Positions 48,490 through 60,075 of a DNA stretch of 64,000 nucleotides are shown one piece after another. Origin of the DNA: Heteronotia binoei (taxonomy: Eukaryota); NCBI RefSeq assembly GCF_032191835.1, contig NC_083231.1, positions 91,512,001 through 91,576,000 of the forward strand, written 5' to 3'. The position numbers were made by a program, and so were the translations under genes. The first letter of the stretch is position 1; each line of letters starts with the position of its first letter. The notes under the pieces are model-generated. The model did not search any database and was not told the origin of the DNA. It saw nothing but the letters and a program-made list of their open reading frames with translations.

Positions 48490-48625
48490 CAGAGGTCCAT
48501 CAGTGGCTATTAGCCACAGTGTGTATATATATATAAATTTTTTTTGCCACTGTGTGACACAGAGTGTTGGACTGGATGGGCCATTGGCCTGATCTAACAT
48601 GGCTTCTCTTATGTTCTTATGTTCA
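48490..48625 (+). mobile_element. CR1 3' tail fragment
   Basis: gccactgtgtgacacagagtgttggactggatgggccattggcctgatctaacatggcttctcttatgttcttatg is the mirror of 2512-2590. Confidence 0.85.
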
Positions 48626-48887
48626 CCCCCACTTCTTTCCTTTAAAAATCAAGCTGTTTCCTTAAGCCCATAGTGTTGCCAGGTCCAACTCTGGAAATAT
48701 CTGGGAACTTTGGGGGTGGAGCCAGGAGACTTTCCCATTTTCCAAAAAATAAAGAAATAAAAATACAGCTGTGCAGTTCCCCTGAATACAGTTCTTAATT
48801 TCCTCCTCCTTTTTTTGCATTCAAATGGTTCCACAGCAGCTGCACTTTCACTAAAATGAAAGTGAACTCACAGAAACACACACACTA

Positions 48888-49172
48888 ACTGATTCTTCAC
48901 TAGCAGTTGCTCTGCCCCCAGGCTTCTGCCTTTCCCAGCTCAAGCGATCAATTCCCCACCAGTTGCTGCATGGGCACATTTTGATTCATGGCTCCCTCCA
49001 ATTTCCCTTGCAGCTTCCAGATTTAAAAAAAAAACAAGAGCAGGAAGCTGTGAGGGAAATTGGAGGGAGATGCGGATCAAAATGTGCCTGCCCAGCAACT
49101 GGTGGGGAATTGATTGCTTGAGCTGGGGAAAGTAAAACCCCAGGGGTGGAGCAACTGCTAGTGAGGAATCGA
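48888..49172. mobile_element. Palindromic MITE (sister copy 57600-57855)
   Basis: Arms ctgattcttcactagcagttgctc / gagcaactgctagtgaggaatc; the same arms occur at 57600-57855. Confidence 0.75.
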
Positions 49173-49842
49173 TCACTCAAGAAGCAGCCAAAATAAACAG
49201 TTCACATGCCCACACTTTTGTAATCTCCCCAGGGCAATAGTATAGATAGCTTTACTCACTGGAGTTGCTAAATGTAACAATCTACTTAGGGAGAGAGGGA
49301 TCTAGGTTGTGAAGTTTTTTTCTATCCCATAATCAGGTTCTAGTTAATTCTTTACTATCTCCTTTACCACACAGCTTTTGAAAGGAATATAAAAAGAACA
49401 GACGGATTGGGCTCTCTGGGTTTCTCTCTCACACACATACATGACTCTTTCTGCTCGCCCCCCCGCCTCCAGCTTCAGTCTCGTTGAGATTTGACGGCAC
49501 ACACATACCTTCCAAAACAAGCAGTTGCAAGCTTCTGAACCTACTTGAGATCTAAAGGCACATCATGGCTGTTGGGGAGGGGCTTCCCCCCACTGGCCAG
49601 CTGGCTGGTGGCAGGGAGGAGATGCAAAACCAGGGGATCCCTTTCCTGGACCTGGGGACTAGCAAGCCTAGCTCTTGCCCCTGTGACTTCTTACCATCAC
49701 ACTTCCTATTCCTCAATCCCTTGTAGCAGCCAGCAATTCCTGGTTCTGAGGTTCTCACTTCTCCATGAGTCAAACCCAAATGATATCTACTTCTCCATAG
49801 TATTTTTATGACTGTCAGAATTCTATGACTGATGTTCAGAGT

Positions 49843-50716
49843 TCCAGGTGGGCAGCCATGTTGGTCTGAAGCAGTAGAACAAAGTTTGAGTCCAGTAGCA
49901 CCTTTAAGACCAACAAAGTTTTATTCACGGTATGCGCTTTTATGTGCAAACACACATCCTCAGATATGCTGAAATGGAATTGACCAGTCCAAACATATAG
50001 GCTGTAATGTATGTGGACTTAAGTGAGAACTGAATGCATGTTCTGCCTGGCTCATTGGAGCCAGACGGCCAGAGCTTGGGGACTTGGGAACAATGGGCAG
50101 CAGGATCCAAAACCTTGCTGCCCTGCTCCAATCATGGATCCCCTACTGGTTTGAATGGACCAATAAAACACTTGTGCGGGAACATGGGGGTGTATATAGT
50201 TGGCCCTGTGGGTCCAGTTCAGGAGTCTTATGCTTAGCCTTACTATGTAATCAATAAAGAGCTGATGTTTCACTACCACCTCGCCTCATCGATCCATAGA
50301 ACCCACTATATTATAGAGGCAGAAGTAGATGCCAACAGGAATAACAAGCTAAGTTTATAGAATCTCCATTTGTTTGGATTCAATTCTGAGAGGAAAACAG
50401 TGAAGCAAATAAATACAATAGAATTGAAGACAGATGTGTAAATGTATCTCTCACAACTGAAGAGTGCTGCCCCCCCACCCCCGGAATTAAATCCAAACAA
50501 ATGGTGCCTATATAAACTTAGCTTGTTATTTCTGTTTGCATTTGTTAAAACATCTTCATTATGTTGTATGCTAATGTGTTGTTCAACCACTACTGATATG
50601 TATGGACTGGTAACTCCCATTTCAATGTATCTGAGATAATATCCGTGCACATGAAAGCTCATACCTTGAATAAAACTTTGTTGGTTTTAAAGGTGCCACT
50701 GGACTTAAACCTTGTT
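49843..50716. mobile_element. Third PLE-derived insertion: inverted terminal-repeat pair with degenerate hammerheads, interrupted by a solo LTR
   Basis: 14-bp TSD ctgatg(t/c)tcagagt (49829-49842, 50717-50730). Left arm (-) mirrors right arm 50485-50716 (+). Hammerhead relics at 49930-49967 (-) and 50627-50664 (+: GTAT-CTGAGAT...GAAAGCTC-ATAC). Confidence 0.8.
50003..50315 (+). mobile_element. Solo LTR
   Basis: Starts TGTAA and ends TTATA (presumed decay of TTACA); flanks taggc/gaggc; internal TATA-like gtatatag and AATAAA in LTR order. Confidence 0.7.
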
Positions 50717-50958
50717 CTGATGCTCAGAGTGTTTGTGAACATTCTGAGTCATCCTAGCAAAATGATGCTAGGTTGGAGGCATCTGGAACCCTTAGGAGAC
50801 TATGGGAAACAGATCATGGTGAAAAAGGATGTCAATATCACTTCTGGCTAAAACCTATAAATGAGCTGAAGCACTAGGATTTCGCTGATAAAACCATAGG
50901 GAATCACTGAAATCCTAGAGCATTGGGGATGGCACTTCCAGGCTTTAGCCAGTTTGGC

Positions 50959-51518
50959 GAGAGCCAGTTTGGTGTAGTGGTTAAGTGTGCGGACTGTTAT
51001 CTGGGAGAACTGGGTTTGATTCCCCACTCCTCCACTTGCAGCTGCTGGAATGGCCTTGGATTAGCCATAGCTCTCCTAGGAGTTGTCCTTGAAAGGACAG
51101 CTGCTGTGAGAGCCCTCTCAGCCCCACCTACCTCACAGGATGTCTGTTGTGGGGGGAGAAGATACAGGAGATTGTAAGCCACTCTGAGGGCGTTTTCGCA
51201 CTCACCTTCAAGTGGCGCGACCACCCTCTTCACGCCGGAGGATCTGCAGGGATTTCGCATAAGAAGCGCCGGAGCAGCCAAAAGAGCCAGAAAGTTCCGT
51301 CGCGAAACCCGCTCAAACGGAAACCGCCAAGAAGCAGGAAAACATTTGAGCGGCTTTTGCGACGGAAGTCGCCGGCTCTTTTGGCTGCTCCGGCGCTTCT
51401 TATGCGAAATCCCTGCAGATCCTCCAGCGTGAAGAGGGTGGTCGCGCCACTTGAAGGTGAGTGCGAAAACGCCCAGAGTCTCTGATTCAGAGAGAAGGGC
51501 GGGGTATAAATCTGCAGT
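50959..51518 (+). mobile_element. tRNA-derived SINE with L2-like tail, split by a palindromic MITE
   Basis: Head gagagccagtttggtgtagtggttaag...ggtttgattcccc; tail gtaagccactctga|gtctctgattcagagagaagggcggggtataaat. Confidence 0.88.
51188..51474. mobile_element. Young near-perfect palindromic Harbinger-like MITE (287 bp)
   Basis: TIRs gggcgttttcgcac / gtgcgaaaacgccc; ~100-bp arms with one mismatch; 3-bp flanks tga/aga; CpGs intact. Confidence 0.85.
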
Positions 51519-53326
51519 CAAAAAAAAGAAGAAAAAAAGAAGTGACATTGATATTGATAATGTCAACCCCCCCATTTTCTTCTGCTGCTCATTTGAGCAA
51601 GAGTGGGAACCTCCCAAGAGGGCCTCATTCCCAAGAGGAAATGAAAAGGAGGATGTGTAGAAGGGATATGAATCAATTAGTAATGTAATTGTTACCACTA
51701 AAAGACATGGCGACCTGGCTCACAGAAAGAGACAAATTGAATGAGATTATGGGAACTGGAAAGTCTCTTCAAAAAGTCTGATCTCCATCACTTCCCAATA
51801 TGGCAAGCTGGGGGGGCCAAGACGCCACAGAACCCACCAGCAGAATGGTTTTTTAAAAGTATCAAAATGAGGCCTGGAAGTACAACTCTTCATTTATGTT
51901 GCTGTATGATTGTTCCCAACAGCCAATGTTGTTAGTCCATTTTCAGTTCTTTCAGCATCTAAGTGATCGAAGGCTAATCTGTTTTTAATGACAAGGCTTG
52001 TGTTGCACCTTCTGCCAAAGGCAGTACAAAAGCAAAGCTTCTTCCCCGAGTCTTTCACAGCTACGTAATAGGCAGAAAACCAGCAGGTACAGATTTCTCC
52101 TTTGAAATGCCAGTACTACTGGGAATTTGTTTTAAAAACTTCACTGTTTCAAAACTTTAAATATCAGGTTCATGTTTGCATTTGACTTTGGTACCCAGAA
52201 CATGTTCTATTAAAAAGCAATCTGATTCATGTCAACCATCAGAAAAAAGCCATCTGCCTACTGTGCTTATCTTAAATATATACTGGAAATGTTTAGAAGA
52301 GTTCTCCACCCACCCTATTTGGCTGCAGGCTTTTGGCCAGACACGACACCACAAGACTACAGACAAAACTTGAGTGGTTAGTTTAAAACTAATTCTTTCT
52401 TGCCCATCACACCCTTCAGGTTGATTAGTCATGGTATAAAAAAAGACCAGTTTTTAATAAAATCAACCTATTTGGCTCTTATTTAGGCCTGAATCCCAGA
52501 AAGCTCCCCTCCCCCACCTCATGTCTTATGTACAAATTAGTTCTGGGGCTTTGTCTGCTCACTATTTGGGCATTCCTGCCTTATACTTCAAAATGGAGAC
52601 TGTGGGATTGAAAAACGGCCTCTCCCATCATGAGGTAAATGTGCAATTTGTTCATATGAATTTGTTTCGGAAGAAGAAAGAAGATTTGTTCCTCTTCCTA
52701 CACAGAGGTAATATTCCCCTGTCAAGGCAGTATAAACCTCAGAGCTAGGCATCCAAATTGGTAAAAGTTTTAGATTAAAGTAGTATTGTAATTGTTGGAT
52801 TGTGGGTATGACAGAGTAGACCTGCGGCTTATTGAAGGATGTTCTGGGATACCAACAAGGCTTCTGAAGAACTCATTTACATTCAGCTCCTCAGGCTACG
52901 CTTAATGATTTTATTTTTCATACCGTGGGTAGGTTTCCTTTGAAATGCCAGTACTATTGGGAATTTTGTTTTAAAAGTTCACTTTCCTATATTTTAAATG
53001 ATATTAGGTTCATGCTTACACATGACTTTGGCACCCAAAATAAATTCTCTCATAAAGCAATTGGATATCCATAAGTGTCAAGCATCAAAACAAGGCCAAC
53101 AGCTTACAGTTCTTATCCTAAGTATAAACCTGAAACTGTTTTTAAAAAATTATCTCCTCACACTGTTTAGCTGCAGGCCTTTAATTAGAGACTAGAAACC
53201 TGTAGCCAAAAACTTAGGTGGTTCGTTCATAATTACTTCTTCCTTGACCATCTGCCTGGCATAGTGGTCAGAATGTCAAATCAGGATCTGGGAGACCCAG
53301 GTTCAAACCTCTACTTTGCCTTAAAA

Positions 53327-53463
53327 CAGGGGTGGCCAATGATAGCTCTCCAGATGTTTTTTGCCTACAACTCCCATCAGCCCCAGCCAGCATTGGCTAA
53401 TGGTTGGGGCTGATGGGAGTTGTAGGCAAAAAACATCTGGCGAGCTACTGTTGGCCACCCCTG
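53327..53463. mobile_element. Palindromic hAT MITE inside a SINE (~53255-53600)
   Basis: TIRs caggggtggccaa / ttggccacccctg; TSD ccttaaaa / ccttagaa (7 of 8 match). Confidence 0.88.
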
Positions 53464-53989
53464 CCTTAGAAGCTTGCTGCATGACCATGGGTCAGTTACT
53501 CACTCTCTCAACCTAAAATACCTCACAGGATTTTAAAGCTAAAATAGAGGAGGCGAGAATGACATTTTAAGCTAGTTTAGGACCTCCATTGGGACAAAAC
53601 ATGGGTATAAATATCTATGGGTCCCCGACATGATGGCCATAGACACTATGGCACCCTCACCACTTTTCCTGTCTCCCACCCAGTGTCTTTAGAAGGTAGG
53701 TGGAACCAGGTGGGATTTTCTCCAGCAAAGTTTCTGACTGGCTGCATAAGTTTTTAAAAATGTTGCTTTGACAGCTGGGGTGTAGACTTCCCAGTTTCGG
53801 GGGCTCAGGCTGGGCCAGAGGTGATGATATGCTAAGTCCTTAAAAGAACTGGGGGCCCCGTGATATCACAGGGAGGATCTGATGACATCACAGGGGAGGG
53901 GCTTCCATTGTCACTATGGGCTATGGAGATTTAGGGAGGGATGCCCCAGAAATGTCAAACCCAGGAAAAAATGGTTATAGTGGTATCTG

Positions 53990-55680
53990 ATTCTTAAGGG
54001 TTTGAAGGGGGCTTGGGGCACAGTGTGTGCATCTTATTTTGAGTCTGCACTGTTCCATGTTGCTTCCTTGGTTGCCTTTTTTGGGGCCCTTAGAGTTAGT
54101 GAGTTAGTGGCGGGCTCCAGAAATGATGTTTCTGGTAATGCTTTGTTGCTACGGGACCTAAGGTTAGTTGAGGGTAAGGCAATCATTACCGTTCGACGCT
54201 TTAAGACTGACCAGCGTTGCAAAGGGACCGTGTTGGAGCTAGGCACGTGTTCTGAGCTTGAGTTGCGCCCAGTTTCCGCTTTGGCTGCTTATTTGGCAGT
54301 TCGGGGGACCAATGATGGGGTTTTGTTTTGTCACCTTAACGGCAGCCCACTGACAAAGCATCAGTTTTGGGCCGTGACTTCCTGGGCTTTAGCTAAGCTG
54401 GGGTTGTCGGGGTGCAGTTTGGTACCCACTCCTTTAGAATTGGAGCAGCCTCTACAGCTGCGGCCCTGGGATATCCTTCTTCCTCCATTCAGCAGCTGGG
54501 CTGTTGGTGGTCATCAGCCTATAAATCTTATGTTCAGTCATTCATTTTTTTTTATTTATATCCCGCCCTCTCTGCCGAAGCAGGCTCAGGTTCGCCCTCT
54601 GCTCAGTTCCTAGTTTCGTTGTTTGTAACTGAAATGTTATGGTTCTTGTTTCTAGTTCGACTGTTTTTTCTTTTTAGATGCTGTTGTTTCTGGCCAGAGG
54701 AGCCGAGTTCTCATCTGTGGACACAGCTATGTGTTTTGGGCCGCACATCAGGCTCGGAAAACTTCGGTCGGATCTCAGCTGGGACTCAGCCAATATGTTA
54801 CTGTCGAATGGTGTGGCTGCCGGGGTCTTTAGTGGCCCGGCCTGCTGCCATTGTTATTTCATGGGAATGCGGGCCCTCCTCCTGAGGTTTTAATCATCTA
54901 CCTGGGAGGGAATGATCTAGGGCTAGTAAAAGGCAGGCCTGTGAGGATTTTTGGTACGTTAGAGAGAGAAGCCCAGGACCACTGTAATTTGGTCAGCCAT
55001 GATCCCCCATCTTGTTTGGCGACCCTGCAGGTATAGAGAGGGTCCGTTATAAAGCTAACAAAGAAATTAGGAAGGCATTGGAAGGGGGGTTGGGCCACTT
55101 TCTGCCCCACCTGGATATTTCTATGAAATTTCCTGACCTCTACAGAGGGAATGGGGTGCATCTCTCTGAAAAAGGTAACATGCTTTTCTTGAGAGATCTC
55201 TGGCAAGGGCTGTGGGTGGGTGCTAAGCCCTAAGTAGAGACTTGGCCTTAGTAGTGGCAGGCTGTTAATGGGTTTATGGTTCTATGCGGCTAGGGCAGGA
55301 CCAGAAAGTATCCCCCTTTTGGGGAGTTAGGGGTCTGGCAGGATCAACCTTAGGGTTTGATGACCTGGGGTGTGAGAATGCAGACCGTCCTGGAGGCTCG
55401 ACTAGAGGGTGCCTTCCATTGAGATGTGCATCTGGTGGTCAGGCCTTCTGGGGTTTGCCTCCTTGCTGGGCTGACCTGGTTGGAGCTGTGCCACACAGCT
55501 CCAGCTGCGGGGCTGGGTCTCTCACCCGCTAATGGCAGGGGAGCAGTCTGTTGAGACCCCTGGCCCTGACCAGGCTGCAGTTCTTGTTGTCCTTGTCATT
55601 TATTATTATACTTAATAAAGTGGCCCTTAGTTATACCAATACCTTGTGTCCGACTCTTCATTCCGACTTGGGGGGCAATT
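53990..55680 (+). mobile_element. 3' part of a Ngaro/DIRS-group tyrosine-recombinase retroelement: YR ORF followed by an SGNH-hydrolase-like ORF
   Basis: YR motifs AFFGALRVSEL, KTDQ, THSFRIGAAS and LGCW..SAYKSY, with one frameshift at ~54413. Downstream reads ILICGHSYVFWA...IYLGGNDLG...GVHLSEKG; terminal aataaagtggcc at ~55614. Confidence 0.88.
54536..54589 (-). mobile_element. L2 3' tail inserted into the last codons of the YR ORF
   Basis: tttatatcccgccctctctgccgaagcaggctcag; gttc duplicated (54532-54535, 54590-54593); removing the insert restores Y-V-R-P-L. Confidence 0.75.
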
Positions 55681-58189
55681 TTGTATGGAAATGAAAAGCC
55701 AGGGTCTGTTCCCTACAAGGGTGTATGTGATGTCCTTAACCCAAATTACATTGCATTGCCAAAGAGGTCCAGTTGAATACAAATTTTGATTAGCTCACAT
55801 TACATATAGTTGTCCTAAATTATCAGATTGTATGGATTGGTTAATTTTATGTATTGTTACTGCTTCCTTGTCTAATAAATAAAGGATTTTTTTTTTAAAA
55901 AAGAAAATATTTGCATACATCTAAGGAGAACACTGCTTCCGAATCCAGTTGAAAAGAGATCAAAACAAACAGAAAAGGAAAAACGTTTTAGCAAATATAG
56001 TTATGTAGGCATTAGAAACACACACACATGCACATGCTAGAGCAACTGCTGGAGTCAAAGTTTATCCAGGCAGCCTGAGGCAGTATCCATGGCTCCCCAG
56101 ATTTTCCTTAAAGAGAAGTTTTCTACTTGTTCTAATTTTATGTAGCTATAGCTGAGGAAATTCTAACACCAATTTTGTATTTACTCTGCTGCGGATGAAA
56201 AAGTAGCAATGCAATTTATTTGTGCATTAATTACCAGTGTGTTATCATTACTTCTCCGCATGGATCCAAAGGGTATTTTTGTACAGGAGAGATCAGCAGT
56301 GGAGAATAATACATGAGCCTATTAAGTGAAAGAAGTCACATACCTCCTACCATTTCATTGTGGAATTCTCATTCCTATCTCTTTGTTTGTTCTGTAATCT
56401 AATGACATGGCCTCAAACAATGTTGCAGAACCAGTACAGTTTAGTGGACAAGATTTTGAAGCACTACATTTCATTCCTATACCACTGCCGGCTTTTCACT
56501 AGTGCCATATCATAGCTATTTCCATAGCAGGGGAAATCCCTGATGCAGCACTAAGGCAAGCAATGAATGTTTGCAGCCTTTGTGGGCACAGCTGCTGAAA
56601 TGTCAGGACGTTACTATACATATACAATATTTGTACTCAGAGCTGTAGTGCAAAAAGACATACTGGCCTCCTTTGCAGCAGTCCAAGGACTCAACTTCAT
56701 ATTCCTCCCCACCCCAACAAGCATTCAATGGATGGATGTAAGCCTAGGGATAGTGAAAAACAAGGCTACAGTCCCTGGCATGTTGACCTCACTAAGCCTC
56801 TGAGCAAACTAATAACCTGACTTTAGGAAATAATAATAATCAATTGTGCTTGTCATGACCTAGCTCCTGTACAGTACTTCAGGAGACACTTTGAACAAGA
56901 TCTGAGTGGTTAGGAGAGCCACAGAACCTTTGTGGTTGTGGACTGAGAAGATTCCATGCAGCAGCAGGTAGCTGCCAAGGGCTCCAATATTTCAAACTCT
57001 GCAATCAAAGTAAGAAAAGCTTAAATGGCTAAGAAGGGTATTCATCTCCTCTGGCATGCTGGTTGCACCTTTGTTTTTAGAACCTTTGAGTGTGCAGCTG
57101 TGGAGAAGCAGCCTTGAAGTTTGTCAAGATGAATGCAGGCCCCCATAAATTAACAGGGAGAATGATCAGTCTGTATTATTGTGACTTATGCAGGTGTTAT
57201 TAATGCCCTCTAGAGGACTGTCAGTAACAGACTCATCAGCTTGCTGTTCTTTCTGTCAAGGCAGAAGTCTCTTTCTGGACATTCATCTTCAGAAACACTG
57301 ATGTTTATACCAAGGTCTAGAGTCCAATAATAAAGTAAATGTCGTGCTTCAGATACAGTGCGTGTGTGTGGCGGGGTGGGGTGGGGGGAACCATGCAAAG
57401 TCACTGGATTCATGAATGGCTGAATCACTTAGCTAACACAGACCAGTCTTAGTAAGTACAGAAGTATAAATGACTAAGTAGTGGCAACATTGTGAAACAA
57501 TTCTTATTTCCAGAGATAAGCAATACCTTTGGCCCCCCCTTATGTATTTTCCAAAAAGCCCACAATGTATTTCATGTCAGTTCACTGAAACTAAGACCAA
57601 TTTCTCACTAGAGTTGCTCCGCCCCCAGGCTTCTGTTTTCCCCAGCACAAACATTCTGTGAGTGCATTTGAAGCGTGGCTCCCTCAAGTTCCCCTCACGG
57701 CTTTGTATGCTGTCTTTTAAGGATTAAGAAACCATGAGGAGAATTGGAGGGAGCTGCACTTCAAAACACGCCTGCAGAGCAGCTGGTGGGAAATCGATCG
57801 CTTGCACTGGGGAAAACAAGAGGCTTGGGGTGGAGCAACACTAGTGAGGAATCAGTATAATTATTTTGCTGCTTCAGTGCCATTTCCTCCTTATATTTAT
57901 TGATTCTCCCTCCTCTTTTTTTTAAAGAAAGGTAATATTCATGATGATAGCAATCCTAGCCAGTCAGGGATCATATAAGGAACAGGAAGATACATGACAA
58001 AAATCTCTGGGGGCAAATGAAGTCTTCATTGTCTACTCCCTTTTTGTTGTAGTTCTTGTGGGGGTGGGGGGGCAAATAGGGAATCCTTTTTTAAAAATTG
58101 AACGTGTTTGTCAGAAGCCCTCACCCCTGCATCAGGCTTAACAATATTAAGTACTTCACCAATATAAAAATGCTTTGCCAAATTCAACC

Positions 58190-58375
58190 GGTGTTGCAGT
58201 TATGGTAATGGAAAATGTTGTCAAGTCACAGGGTTTTCAAGGCAAGAAACAAAGAGGCAGGTTTGCCATTGCCTGCCTCTGTCCAGCAGGCAGCAGCCCT
58301 GGACTTCCTTGGTGGTCACCCATTTAAGTACTAATCAGCCAAGATGTGAGATCAGTTTAGCCTGGGCTGTTCCAC
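58190..58375 (-). mobile_element. 5S-derived SINE, degenerate
   Basis: ggtcacccatttaagtactaatcag is the reverse complement of a 5S-like segment; ggtttgccattgcc is the reverse complement of the BovB-like tail. Confidence 0.65.
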
Positions 58376-59145
58376 ATCAGAGTATGACAATCATATGAAA
58401 CCATTAATATAGATGGTCCATTTATGTAATGATCGAGGCACTAGGCAGTCTTCATGATGCAGGCAAAGGGCATTTTAGGAATCACTTCCCTGCATTGTTC
58501 AATTCCCCACACCCTTCCTATTCCCTTAAAGCCTATATTATATTTTTAATAGAAATGGTATATTTTTAAAAAGTGTTGACATTATTAACGTAAGGCTTAT
58601 GGGCTGCAGTAGACAATGGTTGTGACACACACTAATTCAATTCACTTTCAATGCACTTTCTGACTGGATTTTACTGTGTGAACTGGCAAAATCTACTTGG
58701 AAAGTGCATTGAAAGTGGTGGTGGTGGACTATGATATTACTTAGAGGCTTTCACCAGGAAGTGACATTGCAACATCAGTAATGTTTGCTGTCCCCAAGCT
58801 CCACCCTTGAAAAAACAAATGTCCAAGGGTTTGCTGGTGTAGGGCAAGGGCAATAAAACTTCTGCTCCATCAGTGTACACAGTGATGTTTGGAGGTGGGG
58901 AGGGTTAGCTGTCAAATGGCAATTTAGTACATTGTCTGCTCTGCCAAATTAAGGGCATTTCATTTCCTTCTTGTTGGGAACAGAGACCTATTTGTTCATG
59001 TGGCCATTCAGGTGCAACAAATGTCTGTTACCTATAGCAAACAAAACACCCTTCAAATTTAGTGTGTCCATTCTGATAAACTGCCAAATGAGCTTTCCTG
59101 AATATGTACAAAAATGCTTGGGAAATAAGCATTGATTCCACTTGA

Positions 59146-60075
59146 ACCAGCTGCTCTGGAGAAAAGCAGCCCGGGAGGGGGAATCCCCCTACCAGTTTTT
59201 GACGGTGCGCCGCTGACAGCGGCGGACAGGGTCAGGAGCTTGGGGGTGCTATTGGAGCCTTCCCTAAAGATGGAGGCTCAGATAGCAGCCACTGCCAAGT
59301 CCTCATTTTTTCATCTTAGGCGGGCAAGACAGCTGGCCCCTTTCCTGGAGCGCGACGACCTAGCAACAGTGATCCATGCTACGGTCACCTCGAGGTTGGA
59401 CTACTGCAATGCCCTCTACATGGGGCTGCCCCTGTCCCGAACTCGGAAATTGCAACTGGTGCAGAATGCCGCGGCCCGGCTGTTATTGGGTCTCCCAAAG
59501 TGGGGACACATTCGGCCGGGTCTTCGGACTCTGCACTGGCTTCCAGTGATATACCGAGTCCGGTACAAGGTGCTGGTTATTACCTTTAAAGCCCTATATG
59601 GCCTGGGACCTGCCTACCTGAAGGACCGTCTCTCCCCACATGTTCCCCAGAGAGTACTGAGGTCGGGAACACAAAATCTCCTCACTATCCCTGGGCCAAA
59701 AGAAGCCCGCTTGAAATCCACCAGAGAAAGGGCTTTCTCCGTTATGGCCCCTACATGGTGGAATCAGCTGCTGGAGGAGGTGAGGGCCCTGCGGGATCTT
59801 GTTCAGTTCTGCAGGGCCTGTAAGACGACCCTCTTCCGGCTAGCCTACACCTAGCTAAGATGAGAACTCAATGTAGCTTGGCCAGACGTCTGTTCTATAT
59901 GTAATTGGAATGTTTACTGGTTTTTAAGGTTTTAACTGTTTTAACTGTTTAATTGTTTATATATTTAAAATTGTTTAATTTTTATGTTTGACCAATTTCT
60001 GGAAGCCGCCCTGAGCCACTTGTGGGAAGGGCGGGATATAAATCATGAATAAAAAAATAAAAAAATAAAAATAAA
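59146..60075 (+). mobile_element. 5'-truncated L2 LINE (ORF2 C-terminus open) with 3' tail
   Basis: ORF 59132-59854 aligns closely with the C-terminal ~230 aa of the 15713-17689 ORF; tail gaagccgccctgagcc...gggcgggatataaat plus (aaaaaat)n. Confidence 0.93.

Noticed and set aside
48363-56392. Possible minus-strand exons at 56344-56392 and 48363-48458 that splice in frame (NKQRDRNENSTMKMVG-GGYACAHAHEGH*)
   Set aside because: The first has a weak acceptor, there is no homology I recognise, and such GT/AG pairs arise by chance; RNA-seq is needed.
56530-56540. Perfect NF-kB-like site GGGGAAATCCC
   Set aside because: Several matches are expected by chance in 64 kb, and similar words occur in MITEs (~3466, ~35398); no supporting context.
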